A DNA stretch of 64,000 nucleotides from Thermofilaceae archaeon (GTDB lineage: Archaea; Thermoproteota; Thermoprotei; Thermofilales; Thermofilaceae), in contig JANXEW010000004.1 of NCBI GenBank assembly GCA_025057995.1, forward strand, positions 24,801-88,800, in the 5' to 3' direction. The translations under genes and the position numbers were made by a program. Below the pieces are notes generated by a model. That model had not been told where the DNA came from. It worked only from the letters and a program-made list of their open reading frames with translations, and searched no databases. Positions within the stretch are counted from its first letter, which is position 1, and every line of letters starts with the position of its first letter. Shown one piece after another: positions 37,124 to 47,670 of this stretch.

Positions 37124-38425
37124 ATGCAAGTCGCAATCTTTGAAGATGAACTCGTCAACAATTTCCTACCTCTCACGTACACGAAGGCTGTTTTCGACTT
37201 GAGAGTAGGGCGTTTTACTCTAGTCGAGCGCATCAGCTCGCTCTTGGGTAAGGTGGACTTAGCTTTAGTTAGATCTCACCTTGCTGAGTATTATCGACTT
37301 GAGCGGGATCTAAAGACGCGAGTCGACGATATAGAGGACGACCTCTTGCTTGTTAACGCGAGGTACGCGCTTGATGAGGAGACGTTACTAAAACTGGGTG
37401 AGCTTAACGCAGAAAAGAAGGGGGTTGTGCTCGTGCAGGGGGGATACGTCATCGGCGCCGCCATACCTTACTCTATCGCGAAGGAGGCTATCGGCACGCA
37501 CCTTGACATCTTGGACTTCCTGAATAAGGTCAGAGGTTGCTTGCCTATCCTTGAAGTGGGAGATGCCCGAGCGCTGCTCCACCTTTGGGATCTCATCGAG
37601 TTTAACAGCGATGTTCTAGCAAAAGATCTTGGCAGAACGGGACGTCTACTAGGTGAAGTCGACGAGACTGTAAAAATCTTCGGCAGAGATAAGGTGACGG
37701 TGGAAGAGAAGGCTGTCATCGAACCCTACGTTGTACTCGACGCTAGGGGTGGACCTATTCTGGTGGAAGAGGGGGCTCACGTAAAAACTTTCGCTTACGT
37801 AGAGGGGCCAGCATACATTGCGAAAGGGACAGTCATCATGCCTGGAGCTAGAGTGAGATCTGGATGTTCGATCGGTCCGGTGTGCAGGGTGGGCGGAGAG
37901 GTAGAAGAGTCGATCATCCACGGCTACAGTAACAAGTACCACGACGGCTTCCTCGGCCACGCTTACGTGGGCGAATGGGTCAACTTGGGCGCACTTACGA
38001 CGAACAGCGATTTGAAGAACACGTACGGAACCGTGCGCATGAGCATGAGCGGAGGGATAGTTGACACGAAGTTAACTAAGATAGGCTCGTTTATAGCCGA
38101 TTTTGCTAAAACTAGTATTGGAACCCTCATCTACACTGGTAAGCGGGTTGGAGTAGCATCGCATCTCCACGGTCTTGTGCACGAGGATGTGCCGAGCTTC
38201 ACGATCTACGCTAAGTCGCTCGGTTGCGAACCTGTCGAATTGACTCTAGAGTCTGCTATTAAAACGGCTACGAGAATGATGGAGAGGAGAGGGGTCTCGC
38301 TGAGCAACAACGTTAAGCACCTGCTTGAGCGAGTCTTCTACCTAACTAGACCGGAAAGGGAAAGGCAGGGGGTTAGGGGTCAGCAGTTCAAACTGGCTGT
38401 GAAAAATATACATGAGTTCACATGA
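37124..38425 (+). CDS. GlmU-like sugar nucleotidyltransferase/hexapeptide acyltransferase family protein
   Basis: PLTYTKAVFDLRVG N-terminus; left-handed beta-helix repeats; NKYHDGFLGHAYVGEWVNLGA.TTNSDLKNTY. Confidence 0.85.
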   Translation: MQVAIFEDELVNNFLPLTYTKAVFDLRVGRFTLVERISSLLGKVDLALVRSHLAEYYRLERDLKTRVDDIEDDLLLVNARYALDEETLLKLGELNAEKKGVVLVQGGYVIGAAIPYSIAKEAIGTHLDILDFLNKVRGCLPILEVGDARALLHLWDLIEFNSDVLAKDLGRTGRLLGEVDETVKIFGRDKVTVEEKAVIEPYVVLDARGGPILVEEGAHVKTFAYVEGPAYIAKGTVIMPGARVRSGCSIGPVCRVGGEVEESIIHGYSNKYHDGFLGHAYVGEWVNLGALTTNSDLKNTYGTVRMSMSGGIVDTKLTKIGSFIADFAKTSIGTLIYTGKRVGVASHLHGLVHEDVPSFTIYAKSLGCEPVELTLESAIKTATRMMERRGVSLSNNVKHLLERVFYLTRPERERQGVRGQQFKLAVKNIHEFT

Positions 38426-38944
38426 GAATTATGTAAAAACCGTTTTCCATACTCCAGCCTGTTCTCAAGCTTAACTCGCACTCCTTTTTCCATCGATGTT
38501 CGTGCTCTTTTAGGCGTTTATAAGGAGGACAGTGCCCCCCTTCTGCCGATTAACAATCTTAAAAGTCACACACTAGAGCTTGCGTTTCCACTGCCTTCAG
38601 CTACCTTAACCCTTGAGAGCGAGAGCTTGGGTAGGAAGTACTGTCTCTCGGCAGCTTACGTCCTTGAGCTAGTTTTAAAGGCTGATAAGAGGATGCGCAT
38701 GAAGCTACCATCTTATCGTGGGACTGCTAGCCGCTTTCAACTGTTCTAAAGTTGAACGCTATAATCCGGTGCATATATTGCGAGAAAGGACACTTAGTTA
38801 CGGCAGCGATGATTCGAAATCGTTTGGTCTATTCTTCACGCTCAATTGATGGATTGGCCATGTGGGAAGAAATGGTCTCTCTAGCCTCTGGTGTTTTAAA
38901 CACTTGGCTAAGATATATTAACCATTTGTCTTAAACCCTACCCC

Positions 38945-39808
38945 ATGAGCACTATAGTACCTCTATTGCTTGTTACGCCTTTGATAGCCGCCCTTCATAT
39001 CTTTAGCGACAGCGGATACGCTGAGGAATCTAAACTTCAGCTCTACCTGCACGCTTTCTACGCGAAGATCGAGCCGGGGTTTGTCTGGTTGATCGATAAG
39101 TTGCTGAAGTCGAGGATACTAGGCGGGACAAGACCCGGTAGATTCATTCTCAAGCTGATAGGGAAGGCTCTATGGTTCCTACCTCACGGGGTGGTGATCG
39201 ACCATGAGGCTGCTTTAAGGCTTATAGATGAGATCCCAGAGGATTCGCATATAGCTGTGGGACCCTGTATTTGTAAGATGGGTATTGGGGCTAAGGCGGA
39301 ACCATATTATACAGATATGGTAATCATGTATGGAGCCTCAGCATACAAGACAGCTCACCCCGATGAGTTCAAGTTTTTAACCAAGGAAGAAGCTAAGAAG
39401 CTTTTAAAAGATTTTCGAGAGAATAATTTAGTTCATGAAGTTTTCGCATGTTTCCGATCGAAGAATTGGGCTTTTGTGATATGTAACTGCGATGCCCGCT
39501 ACTGCATTCCCACGAGAAGCTACATCTTAACTAAGGAGGGGGTCTATCCTGGCCCCCTAGTAGCTCAGGTTGATTTTGAGGGATGCTCTGGATTAAAAGA
39601 CTGTGGAACTTGCTTGAATATTTGTCCCTTCAAAGCCGTGTCCTCCAACGACGGCAAATCAAACGTTGATGTTAACAAGTGTATGGGCTGCGGCTTATGT
39701 ACCTACCGATGTCCCCGAGCCGCTCGAAGACTAGTGCCACGCGAGAACTACGACCCCCGCTTCCTTCCCATTGAACACACGCACCCGTGGTTAGTGAAAA
39801 AGAGCTAA
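38945..39808 (+). CDS. 4Fe-4S dicluster-binding protein
   Basis: CICK, ICNCDARYC, CSGLKDCGTCLNICP and CMGCGLCTYRCP ferredoxin motifs. Confidence 0.85.
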   Translation: MSTIVPLLLVTPLIAALHIFSDSGYAEESKLQLYLHAFYAKIEPGFVWLIDKLLKSRILGGTRPGRFILKLIGKALWFLPHGVVIDHEAALRLIDEIPEDSHIAVGPCICKMGIGAKAEPYYTDMVIMYGASAYKTAHPDEFKFLTKEEAKKLLKDFRENNLVHEVFACFRSKNWAFVICNCDARYCIPTRSYILTKEGVYPGPLVAQVDFEGCSGLKDCGTCLNICPFKAVSSNDGKSNVDVNKCMGCGLCTYRCPRAARRLVPRENYDPRFLPIEHTHPWLVKKS

Positions 39809-39812
39809 ACTC

Positions 39813-40934
39813 CTACTCCCCAAACAACCTTCTCTTTATCCTCTCCATGTTAATTTTCCTCTCGCGAATCTTCTCCTTCGTCTTACTAAAGCGTTTATAG
39901 GCGGCGTCTAAGGCTTGAGTGACTGCTTGAACGGGTTCCCAAGATTCCGCTCTGGCTGAGTGAACGCCAACATCCAACTTTATTGAAACAAAAGCATCAT
40001 ATCTAACGTTAGCAGCTTTCTTCCTCCCTTTCAAAACGACGCTCATTTCTAGGAGCCTAGCTCTTTCGGCGACGCTTCTCGCCGTCTCTAAGCTCTTCAC
40101 GTATATGAGCCTCTGAGCTATGAAGTCCAGACCCTCTAAGCCTTCTACTCGCAAAGGCAACGTGGCCTCCTCAACGGCTGGAAGCAAGCGTCGAAGTAGA
40201 AGGTAGGGCGAAATTACACCGATAACCTCGCCTTTCTCATCTGTCACGATACAACCCTCCGCTATATCTTGCACTGTCGGGACTGTTCCACTCTCAACAA
40301 CTCTCTCAGCTTCAACCAGTAAACCTTTAACCGGTTGATCCAGGTAGTACTCAACGCTCCCAGCTACCTCGCCGCTGCGCCTCCTTTCTACGGGAGTCAC
40401 ATACACGTACCTTACTAGGTCGTAGATCTTCACAACACCTACCAGCTTACCGCTAGAAGCAACCGGTAGGAGCCTGAGCCCTACATCAGCCATGAGCTTC
40501 CTAGCTTTCTCAATAGGGTCATCGGGGGTCAGGGGCTTTAAGGGATAAGTGAGCAAGCCGGCTGGAACTTGAGGTTTCAAACCCATGGATAGGATTAACC
40601 TCCTGGCCGAGATGACTCCCGCTGGTCTCCCTCCTTCTCCCGCTGGCAAACCCGGGAAACCCGTTCGAACAAAAGCTCTAGCCACTTTTATGGGATCCGA
40701 AAAGTCTTCAAGGATCGGTACCTTTTCAAGAAAGCTCTTAACCTTGGTCTGAGAGTGAGCCCTCCGCTTAAGTAGTGAGAAGATGGATACCGCGCCTGCA
40801 TACACGTTGTCAGAGTCTACGACGGGAAGGGATGGGGTCTCGTGCCTCCACATAACTTCGGCCGCCATAGAAACGGGATCGTCCAGCCTCAAAGGCTGGA
40901 GCCGAATGACGACATCCTGAAAGAGGGCGGCCAC
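39813..40934 (-). CDS. CBS-domain protein with C-terminal HPF/RaiA-like domain (candidate ribosome hibernation factor)
   Basis: About four CBS repeats followed by a beta-alpha-beta-beta-beta-alpha-like domain ending SARAESWEPVQAVTQALDAAYKRFSKTKEK. Confidence 0.7.
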   Translation of the reverse strand: MAALFQDVVIRLQPLRLDDPVSMAAEVMWRHETPSLPVVDSDNVYAGAVSIFSLLKRRAHSQTKVKSFLEKVPILEDFSDPIKVARAFVRTGFPGLPAGEGGRPAGVISARRLILSMGLKPQVPAGLLTYPLKPLTPDDPIEKARKLMADVGLRLLPVASSGKLVGVVKIYDLVRYVYVTPVERRRSGEVAGSVEYYLDQPVKGLLVEAERVVESGTVPTVQDIAEGCIVTDEKGEVIGVISPYLLLRRLLPAVEEATLPLRVEGLEGLDFIAQRLIYVKSLETARSVAERARLLEMSVVLKGRKKAANVRYDAFVSIKLDVGVHSARAESWEPVQAVTQALDAAYKRFSKTKEKIRERKINMERIKRRLFGE

Positions 40935-40985
40935 GGTAAAAAAAGCCTTAAGCTAGTATAAAAGAAATTCGCATTGAACGGCCCC

Positions 40986-42335
40986 TCACCTGTAATGTTT
41001 AGGCATATCAACGTGAAAGGGGAGTCGGAGGATTTTCTCAACCAGCTGCTCCGCCTGCTCGCTCGATCTAGTCCAAGGATCCGTTAACACAAGTTCAACT
41101 AGCTGCTCCTTGTTCCCACCTTCATACGCTTCTAACTCCATTTCGACAGGCGCCACCCTATCTCTTAACGCGAAAGCTAGTACCGGCTTCGGTAGGCATT
41201 CAACCTCTAGCCCTCTGACGCCTCTACCATCAACGATCGCAGGAACCTCTACCTCAAAATCTGCCGGGATACCTGGAACGAGGTAACCTCTGTTAACCAC
41301 ATTAACTTGCAGCTTACGAGGAAAGTTGCAAGCGATCGACTCTATCAACGGCACAGTGTCCTCGCCAGACTTCTCCAGTGGGAAATTCTCGGTAACCTTT
41401 GCGGACGGGTCCTCGGCAACCTTTAAAACCTCTGACACCCTCGTGTTCAGCCAAGCGAAGTAGCTTGCCCACCAAGACTCCGGATCTTCATGCCATTTCC
41501 TTTCTCTCTCCTCGTCTACATGATACCACCAAGGCCATGAGCCGCCCCCGGGGGTACAAGTATCACCGATGGGGAAAACTTTAAACCTCCTATAGAGGTC
41601 CACGGCCTTGGGACCGAGAGCATCGCTGGGATAACACTTCTTCCAGTGTTCTACGGCTTTATTATTCACCCAATCGTTGACCTTCGGATACGCGTCTTCT
41701 CCATCCACACGTATTTCTGTCAACCAAATAAAGTGGTTTAGGCCGGGGGCGGTGAACTCAACCTTAGCCGGGTCGAGACCTATAGCGTCCGCAAGATAGT
41801 AGACGCCAGTGTAGCCGTGACAGAGTCCCACGATGTTCGCCTCGGGGTACTTGCGACCGAGGAGCGTAATACCTGCTAGGACGGGGTTCGCGAGCTGGAT
41901 ATACCATGCGTCAGGGCAAAGGTCAAGCACATCTTCGATTACCTCCTCGAACAGCTTGAATTGATAAAAGTTGATCCAGAACGCCTCATCATGCATTACG
42001 TGGAGACTCCCGCCGAACCTATAACCAAGATCCCTCGCCACCGCCCAACCGTCTCTAAGCCTGCTGTGCCCTGCAGCTAAGGCTGTGTTGACGACGAAGT
42101 CAGCGTCTCTCAATGCCTTCCTCCTATCTACAGCCTTCTCCAGCTTGTACTTGGCGCCCACCTCCTCACAGAGGCGCTTCATCAGAGCATACACTGCATT
42201 CAACCTCTCCACATTCACGTCTACGAGGCTGATGCAGGAACCGTAGAGGCTTGGCGTGAGCACTAGATCCCTAACTAAATTAAGAGAGAAAACCGCGCTG
42301 CCAGCACCGATCACGCAGACCTTGATGTCAGCCAC
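40986..42335 (-). CDS. GH4 NAD+-dependent alpha-glycosidase (alpha-galactosidase/glucosidase)
   Basis: IGAGSAVF, DADFV, ANP, GLCHG, GLNHFIW. Confidence 0.92.
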   Translation of the reverse strand: MADIKVCVIGAGSAVFSLNLVRDLVLTPSLYGSCISLVDVNVERLNAVYALMKRLCEEVGAKYKLEKAVDRRKALRDADFVVNTALAAGHSRLRDGWAVARDLGYRFGGSLHVMHDEAFWINFYQFKLFEEVIEDVLDLCPDAWYIQLANPVLAGITLLGRKYPEANIVGLCHGYTGVYYLADAIGLDPAKVEFTAPGLNHFIWLTEIRVDGEDAYPKVNDWVNNKAVEHWKKCYPSDALGPKAVDLYRRFKVFPIGDTCTPGGGSWPWWYHVDEERERKWHEDPESWWASYFAWLNTRVSEVLKVAEDPSAKVTENFPLEKSGEDTVPLIESIACNFPRKLQVNVVNRGYLVPGIPADFEVEVPAIVDGRGVRGLEVECLPKPVLAFALRDRVAPVEMELEAYEGGNKEQLVELVLTDPWTRSSEQAEQLVEKILRLPFHVDMPKHYR

Positions 42336-42411
42336 GCTTTAACTTCCATCCGATTGTTAAACTCTTTCCCGTACAAACATCTTTAAATCGTAGAAGTGGT
42401 GAGGGTGCGCC

Positions 42412-43449
42412 GTGCTGACAGCATACTTGCTATCCTATGCTGCATCGTTCCTTCAAGCCCTCTTCCTACCTATGCTTTCACTCTACGCTAGCACCCTCGG
42501 TCTGAGCGAAGCGGAAGCTGGAGTCATCGCCGGTGTTGGCACCTTCCTCTACGTCCCCGTCTCGCTCTCCTCTGAGATTATAGCGCGCAGATACGGTTAC
42601 AGGTCTCCCATGGCTGCAGCACTTTTCACCATAGCTGCAGGCTACGCCTTCCTATCGGTTTCTAAAACCTCCCTCCAGCTCCTAGTAGCAGCTAGCCTAG
42701 TCTCGTTCGGTTACGGCATCTTCTGGCCCTCCGTCGAGAAGGCAGTCTCGGCTAGCGGAGGTTCTGCCAACACGTTCTCCATCTCCTGGAGCGCAGGAAG
42801 CCTTACAGGGGCTATAGTAATCTCACCTCTTCTCCAGCTGGGCTTTGAAGCGATCTACATCACCTGCTCATTGACCGCTCTATCACTAACCCCCCTACCT
42901 CTCAAGCTAGCCAAACGCAGTCTGCAGAATGAGGGGGCAGTAAAAGCTGGCCGCCTTTGGCACTCGTGGATACTTAGCGTAGGTTACTCCACTTCAGCCG
43001 GTGGAGTCCTCACATACTATCCTCTCTTGGCTGAGCGTCTAGGCTTACCCGGTTACAGCGTATCACTTGTAGTCTTCATCATGATGGCTGCTAGAACAGC
43101 AACGTTTTACATTCTCAAAGAGACGAAGCCGCCGGCGGTGCTGAGCATCCCCCTACTTCTCGCGATAGCTGCTACCCCCTTCAACACGAGCGTAACCGTC
43201 CACGCGATCCTGGCGGCTGCAGCCGGTGCTGGTCAAGGTATCATTTACACGCTAGCGCTCGAGGAAATTTTCAATGCTAAGGGTGCGTACACGTCGCTCT
43301 TTGAAGCTTTCATCGGTCTCGGCTACTCTGTTGGACCCTTGTTCGGCTCGGGCGCAAAGATGGTAGGCTTTGAACCTCTCCCGGCTTCTGCCGCCGCAGC
43401 TTCACTACTTTCTATACCAGGTCTTAGGAAAAAAGAAGTGAGGTTGTGA
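42412..43449 (+). CDS. MFS transporter
   Basis: Multiple hydrophobic helices, MFS-like topology. Confidence 0.75.
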   Translation: MLTAYLLSYAASFLQALFLPMLSLYASTLGLSEAEAGVIAGVGTFLYVPVSLSSEIIARRYGYRSPMAAALFTIAAGYAFLSVSKTSLQLLVAASLVSFGYGIFWPSVEKAVSASGGSANTFSISWSAGSLTGAIVISPLLQLGFEAIYITCSLTALSLTPLPLKLAKRSLQNEGAVKAGRLWHSWILSVGYSTSAGGVLTYYPLLAERLGLPGYSVSLVVFIMMAARTATFYILKETKPPAVLSIPLLLAIAATPFNTSVTVHAILAAAAGAGQGIIYTLALEEIFNAKGAYTSLFEAFIGLGYSVGPLFGSGAKMVGFEPLPASAAAASLLSIPGLRKKEVRL

Positions 43450-43899
43450 CTAACTCCTCTTGACCTCCACTCTTGAAGTGATTCTAGTACCCTTAGTGAG
43501 CGTATCGTAAACTGGACAGTGCTCCTCCGCGAACTTCAGTAGCTCAGTTACCCTCTCCACCGGCTCATCGCTTACTACGGTCGCGTTTACGATGACCTCT
43601 TGAAGACCTGGTCTCACGTCTGCAGCGCCGGTGAAGCCGGAGATATCCAGCTTTCCTGTGACCTCTACTTGCATAGACTTGATCCGCACCTTTCTCTCCG
43701 CCGCGTGGTACACCGTGGTTATTATGAAGCAACCAGCGAGCGAAGCCAGAAGGTATTCAATCGGGTTCGGTCCAGCCCCCGACCCACCCATTTCCTCTGG
43801 CTCATCAATTACGATAGTAAACTTCCCAGCTTTTGATTCTATCCTAAACCTCTCTACTTGGTTAGCTACTACTTTAAACCGAATAGTTTTTCCGTTCAC
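43450..43899 (-). CDS. OsmC/Ohr family protein
   Basis: DEP..MGG...GPNPIEYLLASLAGC and HCPVYDTL cysteines. Confidence 0.92.
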   Translation of the reverse strand: MNGKTIRFKVVANQVERFRIESKAGKFTIVIDEPEEMGGSGAGPNPIEYLLASLAGCFIITTVYHAAERKVRIKSMQVEVTGKLDISGFTGAADVRPGLQEVIVNATVVSDEPVERVTELLKFAEEHCPVYDTLTKGTRITSRVEVKRS

Positions 43900-43962
43900 A
43901 AGATACTTCTTATGACACTGGTATAAAAGCTTTGCTTTTAGCTCACGGTTAACTAGAACGGC

Positions 43963-44787
43963 TCAGCTGGTGGAAAGGAAGCTGCGAAGATTTTGAATAC
44001 CCGTCTTAGCAACACCAACCGGGTCCTCCACGGGAGAGAGGACTTCAACAGATAACCAACTGTCATAACCAACTTTCCTGAGAGCTCTTATTATATCGTT
44101 ATAATCTGCTGACCCCATACCCGGCGCTAAACCGTTCGTGTCATTTGCGTGGAAGTGAACGAGATATTGACCAGCTTCTTCAATGATCTCAGAGTACTCT
44201 CTAGCTTCATCGCTCATGCTGAAGACGTCGAGGTTTATTCGCAGGTACGGGGAACCCACTCTCTCTAGCACTTGTAGAGCCTCGCTCACGGTGTTGACCA
44301 CGTCCGTAAGGCTACGCGCTAGAGGTTCTATGGCGATGACAACGCCGCAGTCTTCAGCATACCTGCAAGCGCGCTTCAGGCTATCGATTAAAAAGGTCCA
44401 CGCGCTCTCGCGTCTCTGACCTGGCAGCGTGCTACGTTGCTTCGGCGAACCAAGTACCATAACCTTTCCCTCAAGGTCGGCGCAGAGACGAGCTAGTTCG
44501 CCCAAGTACTCGACAGTCCTGTCCCTCACGCTAAAGTCCGGGTGGACGAGACTTAAACCGGGCGGCGAGACGAGTAGCCAGTGAAGACCGCATATTTCAA
44601 GACCGTGGCTTCTAGCTATCTCTAGAATCCTCGATCGTTCGTGCTTGCAAATTACTCTAACGTCTGGAGCGAACGTATAGGGGGCTACCTCCACCCCCTC
44701 GAAACCCAGCTCTACTATCTTTTCCACCGATTCATGCCACGGTAGGGGAAGGAGTTCATTGCAGAGAGAGATCTTCAACGCTACCAC
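43963..44787 (-). CDS. Sugar phosphate isomerase/epimerase (ketose 3-epimerase-like)
   Basis: GFEGVE, IAIEPL, NLD, HFHAND, PG.G, SVEV. Confidence 0.85.
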   Translation of the reverse strand: MVALKISLCNELLPLPWHESVEKIVELGFEGVEVAPYTFAPDVRVICKHERSRILEIARSHGLEICGLHWLLVSPPGLSLVHPDFSVRDRTVEYLGELARLCADLEGKVMVLGSPKQRSTLPGQRRESAWTFLIDSLKRACRYAEDCGVVIAIEPLARSLTDVVNTVSEALQVLERVGSPYLRINLDVFSMSDEAREYSEIIEEAGQYLVHFHANDTNGLAPGMGSADYNDIIRALRKVGYDSWLSVEVLSPVEDPVGVAKTGIQNLRSFLSTS

Positions 44788-45293
44788 TTGTCGAAGTGTA
44801 CGATCTGCTCAAGCGGCTTTCTATCGGTTACGGGCCCCTTCTCCTCCGCCGCGTATCCGAGCGGAGTCATGGCTACAACGCGTATGTGCTCAGGTATGCT
44901 CAGCACCTCTTTAACGACTTTCTCATCAAACGCGCCAATCCAGCAGGTCCCCAAACCCTCGTTCGCTGCAGCCAGGATAATGTGCTCCATCGCTATAGCC
45001 GCGTCAACCTTCCAGTACTCCTCTCCGTCACGCCTTCTCCACGCTGCACTGGGATCCGCGCAGACGACTATCACAACTGGAGCTTTTACAAACCATTCCC
45101 TGTCGTAAGCCTTCCGAAGTTGTTCCTTGACTTTCGCGTCCTTCACGACGATGAAGTGCCAAGGCTGCTTATTTGCTGCCGAGGGAGCCAGCCTCCCCGC
45201 TTCAAGGATCCTCATCAACTTCTCTTCCTCAACCGGATCAAGTTTGTAGGCGCGCACGCTCCTCCTCCTTCTGACAAGCTCGTAGAACTCCAC
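44781..45293 (-). CDS. Nitroreductase family protein
   Basis: RRRSVRAY, APSAANKQPWHF, GLGTCWIGAF. Confidence 0.95.
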   Translation of the reverse strand: MEFYELVRRRRSVRAYKLDPVEEEKLMRILEAGRLAPSAANKQPWHFIVVKDAKVKEQLRKAYDREWFVKAPVVIVVCADPSAAWRRRDGEEYWKVDAAIAMEHIILAAANEGLGTCWIGAFDEKVVKEVLSIPEHIRVVAMTPLGYAAEEKGPVTDRKPLEQIVHFDKW

Positions 45294-45505
45294 AAACTCG
45301 AAAACCTTGTGAGTTTAAAATAGTTAACTTTATGGGATTGTATCGATTGCTAGAAGCTATCCCCGGTTAAAGGGGATACGTATAACTCTTTTAAAGGGAC
45401 CTCAACCCAGTCGCAAATATAGCGAAAGCTTTTTCGTCGACATATCACGTATTCCAGCGCTTGAAAAACACTAGCCTTTTTAGATGCCAAACGCAAATAA
45501 CCAAC

Positions 45506-47365
45506 GTGTCTAAACTATTGATTTGGCCTGCTAGACCTCTTGAAAGGATTTACAAAGACACTCCACCATCTCGCGTCGGGGAGCCCCTCCGTTTATCCTG
45601 CTTGCGCAACGAGTACGAGGGGTGCATGTTCGGTTTACGTGCAGAAGTGAACGTCGAGAAAGTTAGGCTTCAAGTATCGGATCTAAAATCCGAAGTTGGA
45701 ACTATAAGCTCTCACAACGTGCAAGCACACTTCGTTGGCTCGATACCCCTGGCCTTCAATTCTCCCGCGCCGCTAGAGGAGTTGGAAAGGAAAGCGCCTT
45801 GTGAAGTACCGGATCCCATCCTTGAAGCAGAGGAAATGGATCTCCAAGCCGGCGTAACGCAGCCCTGCTACCTGCGCGTCTATGTGCCGTCGGAAGCGGA
45901 GCCCGGAGAGTACGAGGGTTTCGTCAAGGCGGAAGCCCCTGGTGTGGAGGCTAGGTTGAAAGTGGAGGTGCGAGTACACCCTCTCACTCTACCCCGCAGA
46001 AGAAGCCTCTATGTGACGAACTGGTTTAGCGTTGAGGACATCGCGAGAGTCCACGGCGTCGAGCTCTATTCAGATGATTTTTGGGTTGTCTTCGGGAGGT
46101 GGGTTAAGTTCATGGCGGAGTACGGGCAGAACGTGTTCTGGGTTCCCCTCGATACAGTTAGGGTTTACGCAAGCGAGGAGGGTTACAGGTTCGACTTCTC
46201 AATCTTCGACGATTACGTGGAAACCCTCCTAAAGAACGGCGCCGAGCTGATTGAGATCACCCACGTCGCTGGTTTCAAGCGGTGGGGAGGGAGGGAAATC
46301 GAGTTGAGGAGCTTCAAAGTCATCCAGGGGGAGGGGTCCTTTAAGTCGGAGCCGGGTGAACGCGTGCTACCCCACATGTTGAAGGCTCTTGAAACACACC
46401 TCCGCGAGAAGGGGTGGTTGGAGAGGACGGTGATCCATGTTGCTGACGAGCCGACGGAAGATGGGATTGAGGAATGGAGGAGAGTTTCAAGAATAGTGAA
46501 GGAACATGCGCCACAGTTACGCCGGATCGATGCGGTAGAGACGACGGGCTTTGACGACGACTTAGAGATTTGGGTCCCGACTCTTCACCACTACGACCAG
46601 TGGCTTGAAGAGTACGAGGAGGCTAGGAGGAGAGGGAGAGAACTCTGGTTCTACACTTGCCTCAACCCGCAAGGCAGGTACCCTAACAGGTTCATAGACT
46701 TCCCGTTAATCAAGACTCGTATTCTGCATTGGATTAACATGGCTTACGGTCTCAGAGGGTTTTTGCATTGGGGCTACAATTGGTGGTACGGGAACCCCTT
46801 CAAGGATCTTAACCCTAACCTACCTCCCGGTGACACTCACATCGTCTATCCCGGCAGGGAAGGACCTCTCCCAAGCTTGCGGCTAGAGGCAATGCGGGAT
46901 GGGTTGGAGGACTACGAACTCTTCAAGCTTTTAGAGGAAGAGATTCTGTTCGTCAAGAGGGAGCTGGGTGGGAAAGCACTTAAGCTACCGTTCGAGAGGC
47001 GAGCCTTAGAGCTTTGCCGTAAAGCAATGCCGTCAATTACAGGCTACATCAGGGATCCTCGTAAGCTCATAGAGCTGCGCGAAGAGGTGATCAACGAGAT
47101 CCAAGAGGTGAGGAAACAGCCGCTCGCTCTCCTCATTACAGAACCTCCCGAGTGGAAGCCTTTGACTTGGGGCCCGCTCATGGTCCTCGTGAGGGGAGTC
47201 TGTGAAGAGGGTACAGAAGTGGAGGTGAATGGTAAGCCGGTGCCGGTGGAAGACGGGTACTTTGCTACTTATGCGTTCCCAGGCTCTAAGGGTGAGATCA
47301 CTGTAAAGTTGAAGAAGAATGGGTTTGAGAAAGTAATCCTAAGGAGGTTCCAGATCGTTGAGTAG
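45506..47365 (+). CDS. DUF4091/GH123-like glycoside hydrolase (beta-N-acetylhexosaminidase-like)
   Basis: RNEYE, PDPI, HVADEP, WFYTC..P, GFLHWGYN, PGD..IVYP, SLRLEAMRDGLEDYE; GTG start at 45506 preferred over TTG 45461. Confidence 0.8.
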   Translation: MSKLLIWPARPLERIYKDTPPSRVGEPLRLSCLRNEYEGCMFGLRAEVNVEKVRLQVSDLKSEVGTISSHNVQAHFVGSIPLAFNSPAPLEELERKAPCEVPDPILEAEEMDLQAGVTQPCYLRVYVPSEAEPGEYEGFVKAEAPGVEARLKVEVRVHPLTLPRRRSLYVTNWFSVEDIARVHGVELYSDDFWVVFGRWVKFMAEYGQNVFWVPLDTVRVYASEEGYRFDFSIFDDYVETLLKNGAELIEITHVAGFKRWGGREIELRSFKVIQGEGSFKSEPGERVLPHMLKALETHLREKGWLERTVIHVADEPTEDGIEEWRRVSRIVKEHAPQLRRIDAVETTGFDDDLEIWVPTLHHYDQWLEEYEEARRRGRELWFYTCLNPQGRYPNRFIDFPLIKTRILHWINMAYGLRGFLHWGYNWWYGNPFKDLNPNLPPGDTHIVYPGREGPLPSLRLEAMRDGLEDYELFKLLEEEILFVKRELGGKALKLPFERRALELCRKAMPSITGYIRDPRKLIELREEVINEIQEVRKQPLALLITEPPEWKPLTWGPLMVLVRGVCEEGTEVEVNGKPVPVEDGYFATYAFPGSKGEITVKLKKNGFEKVILRRFQIVE

Positions 47366-47395
47366 CGGTTAAAAAGCTGAAGATATTAACTTACC

Positions 47396-47617
47396 TTGGG
47401 GTTCCTGGTGGATTCGCGAGAAGTTGAGAAAGATGCGCTGATTGAAGCTTTGCTAAACGTGCTGAGAAGGAACCCGAAATTCTCTAAGATAGAGGAAAGG
47501 AATGTGAAGCGAATCCTTAGGAAGTTGGAAGTCGAAGACCTGACTTACCTTGCAAACGTTTTTGACGTTTTCCTAGAGTGGTTGGATACTGCTTTTAAAG
47601 CGACACGAGAGGGTTAG
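47396..47617 (+). CDS. Small hypothetical protein
   Basis: 73-aa helical ORF filling the gap between genes. Confidence 0.55.
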   Translation: MGFLVDSREVEKDALIEALLNVLRRNPKFSKIEERNVKRILRKLEVEDLTYLANVFDVFLEWLDTAFKATREG

Positions 47618-47670
47618 CTCCGGAGAACAGGGTAGGTGGATCTTAAAGAAGTGTTGGTTTATAGTCCTAC

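Noticed and set aside
38426..38944. Short ORF 38752-38934 and the surrounding gap
   Set aside because: TTG start, no motif, and runs through the likely promoter of the 4Fe-4S gene; no structure I could support
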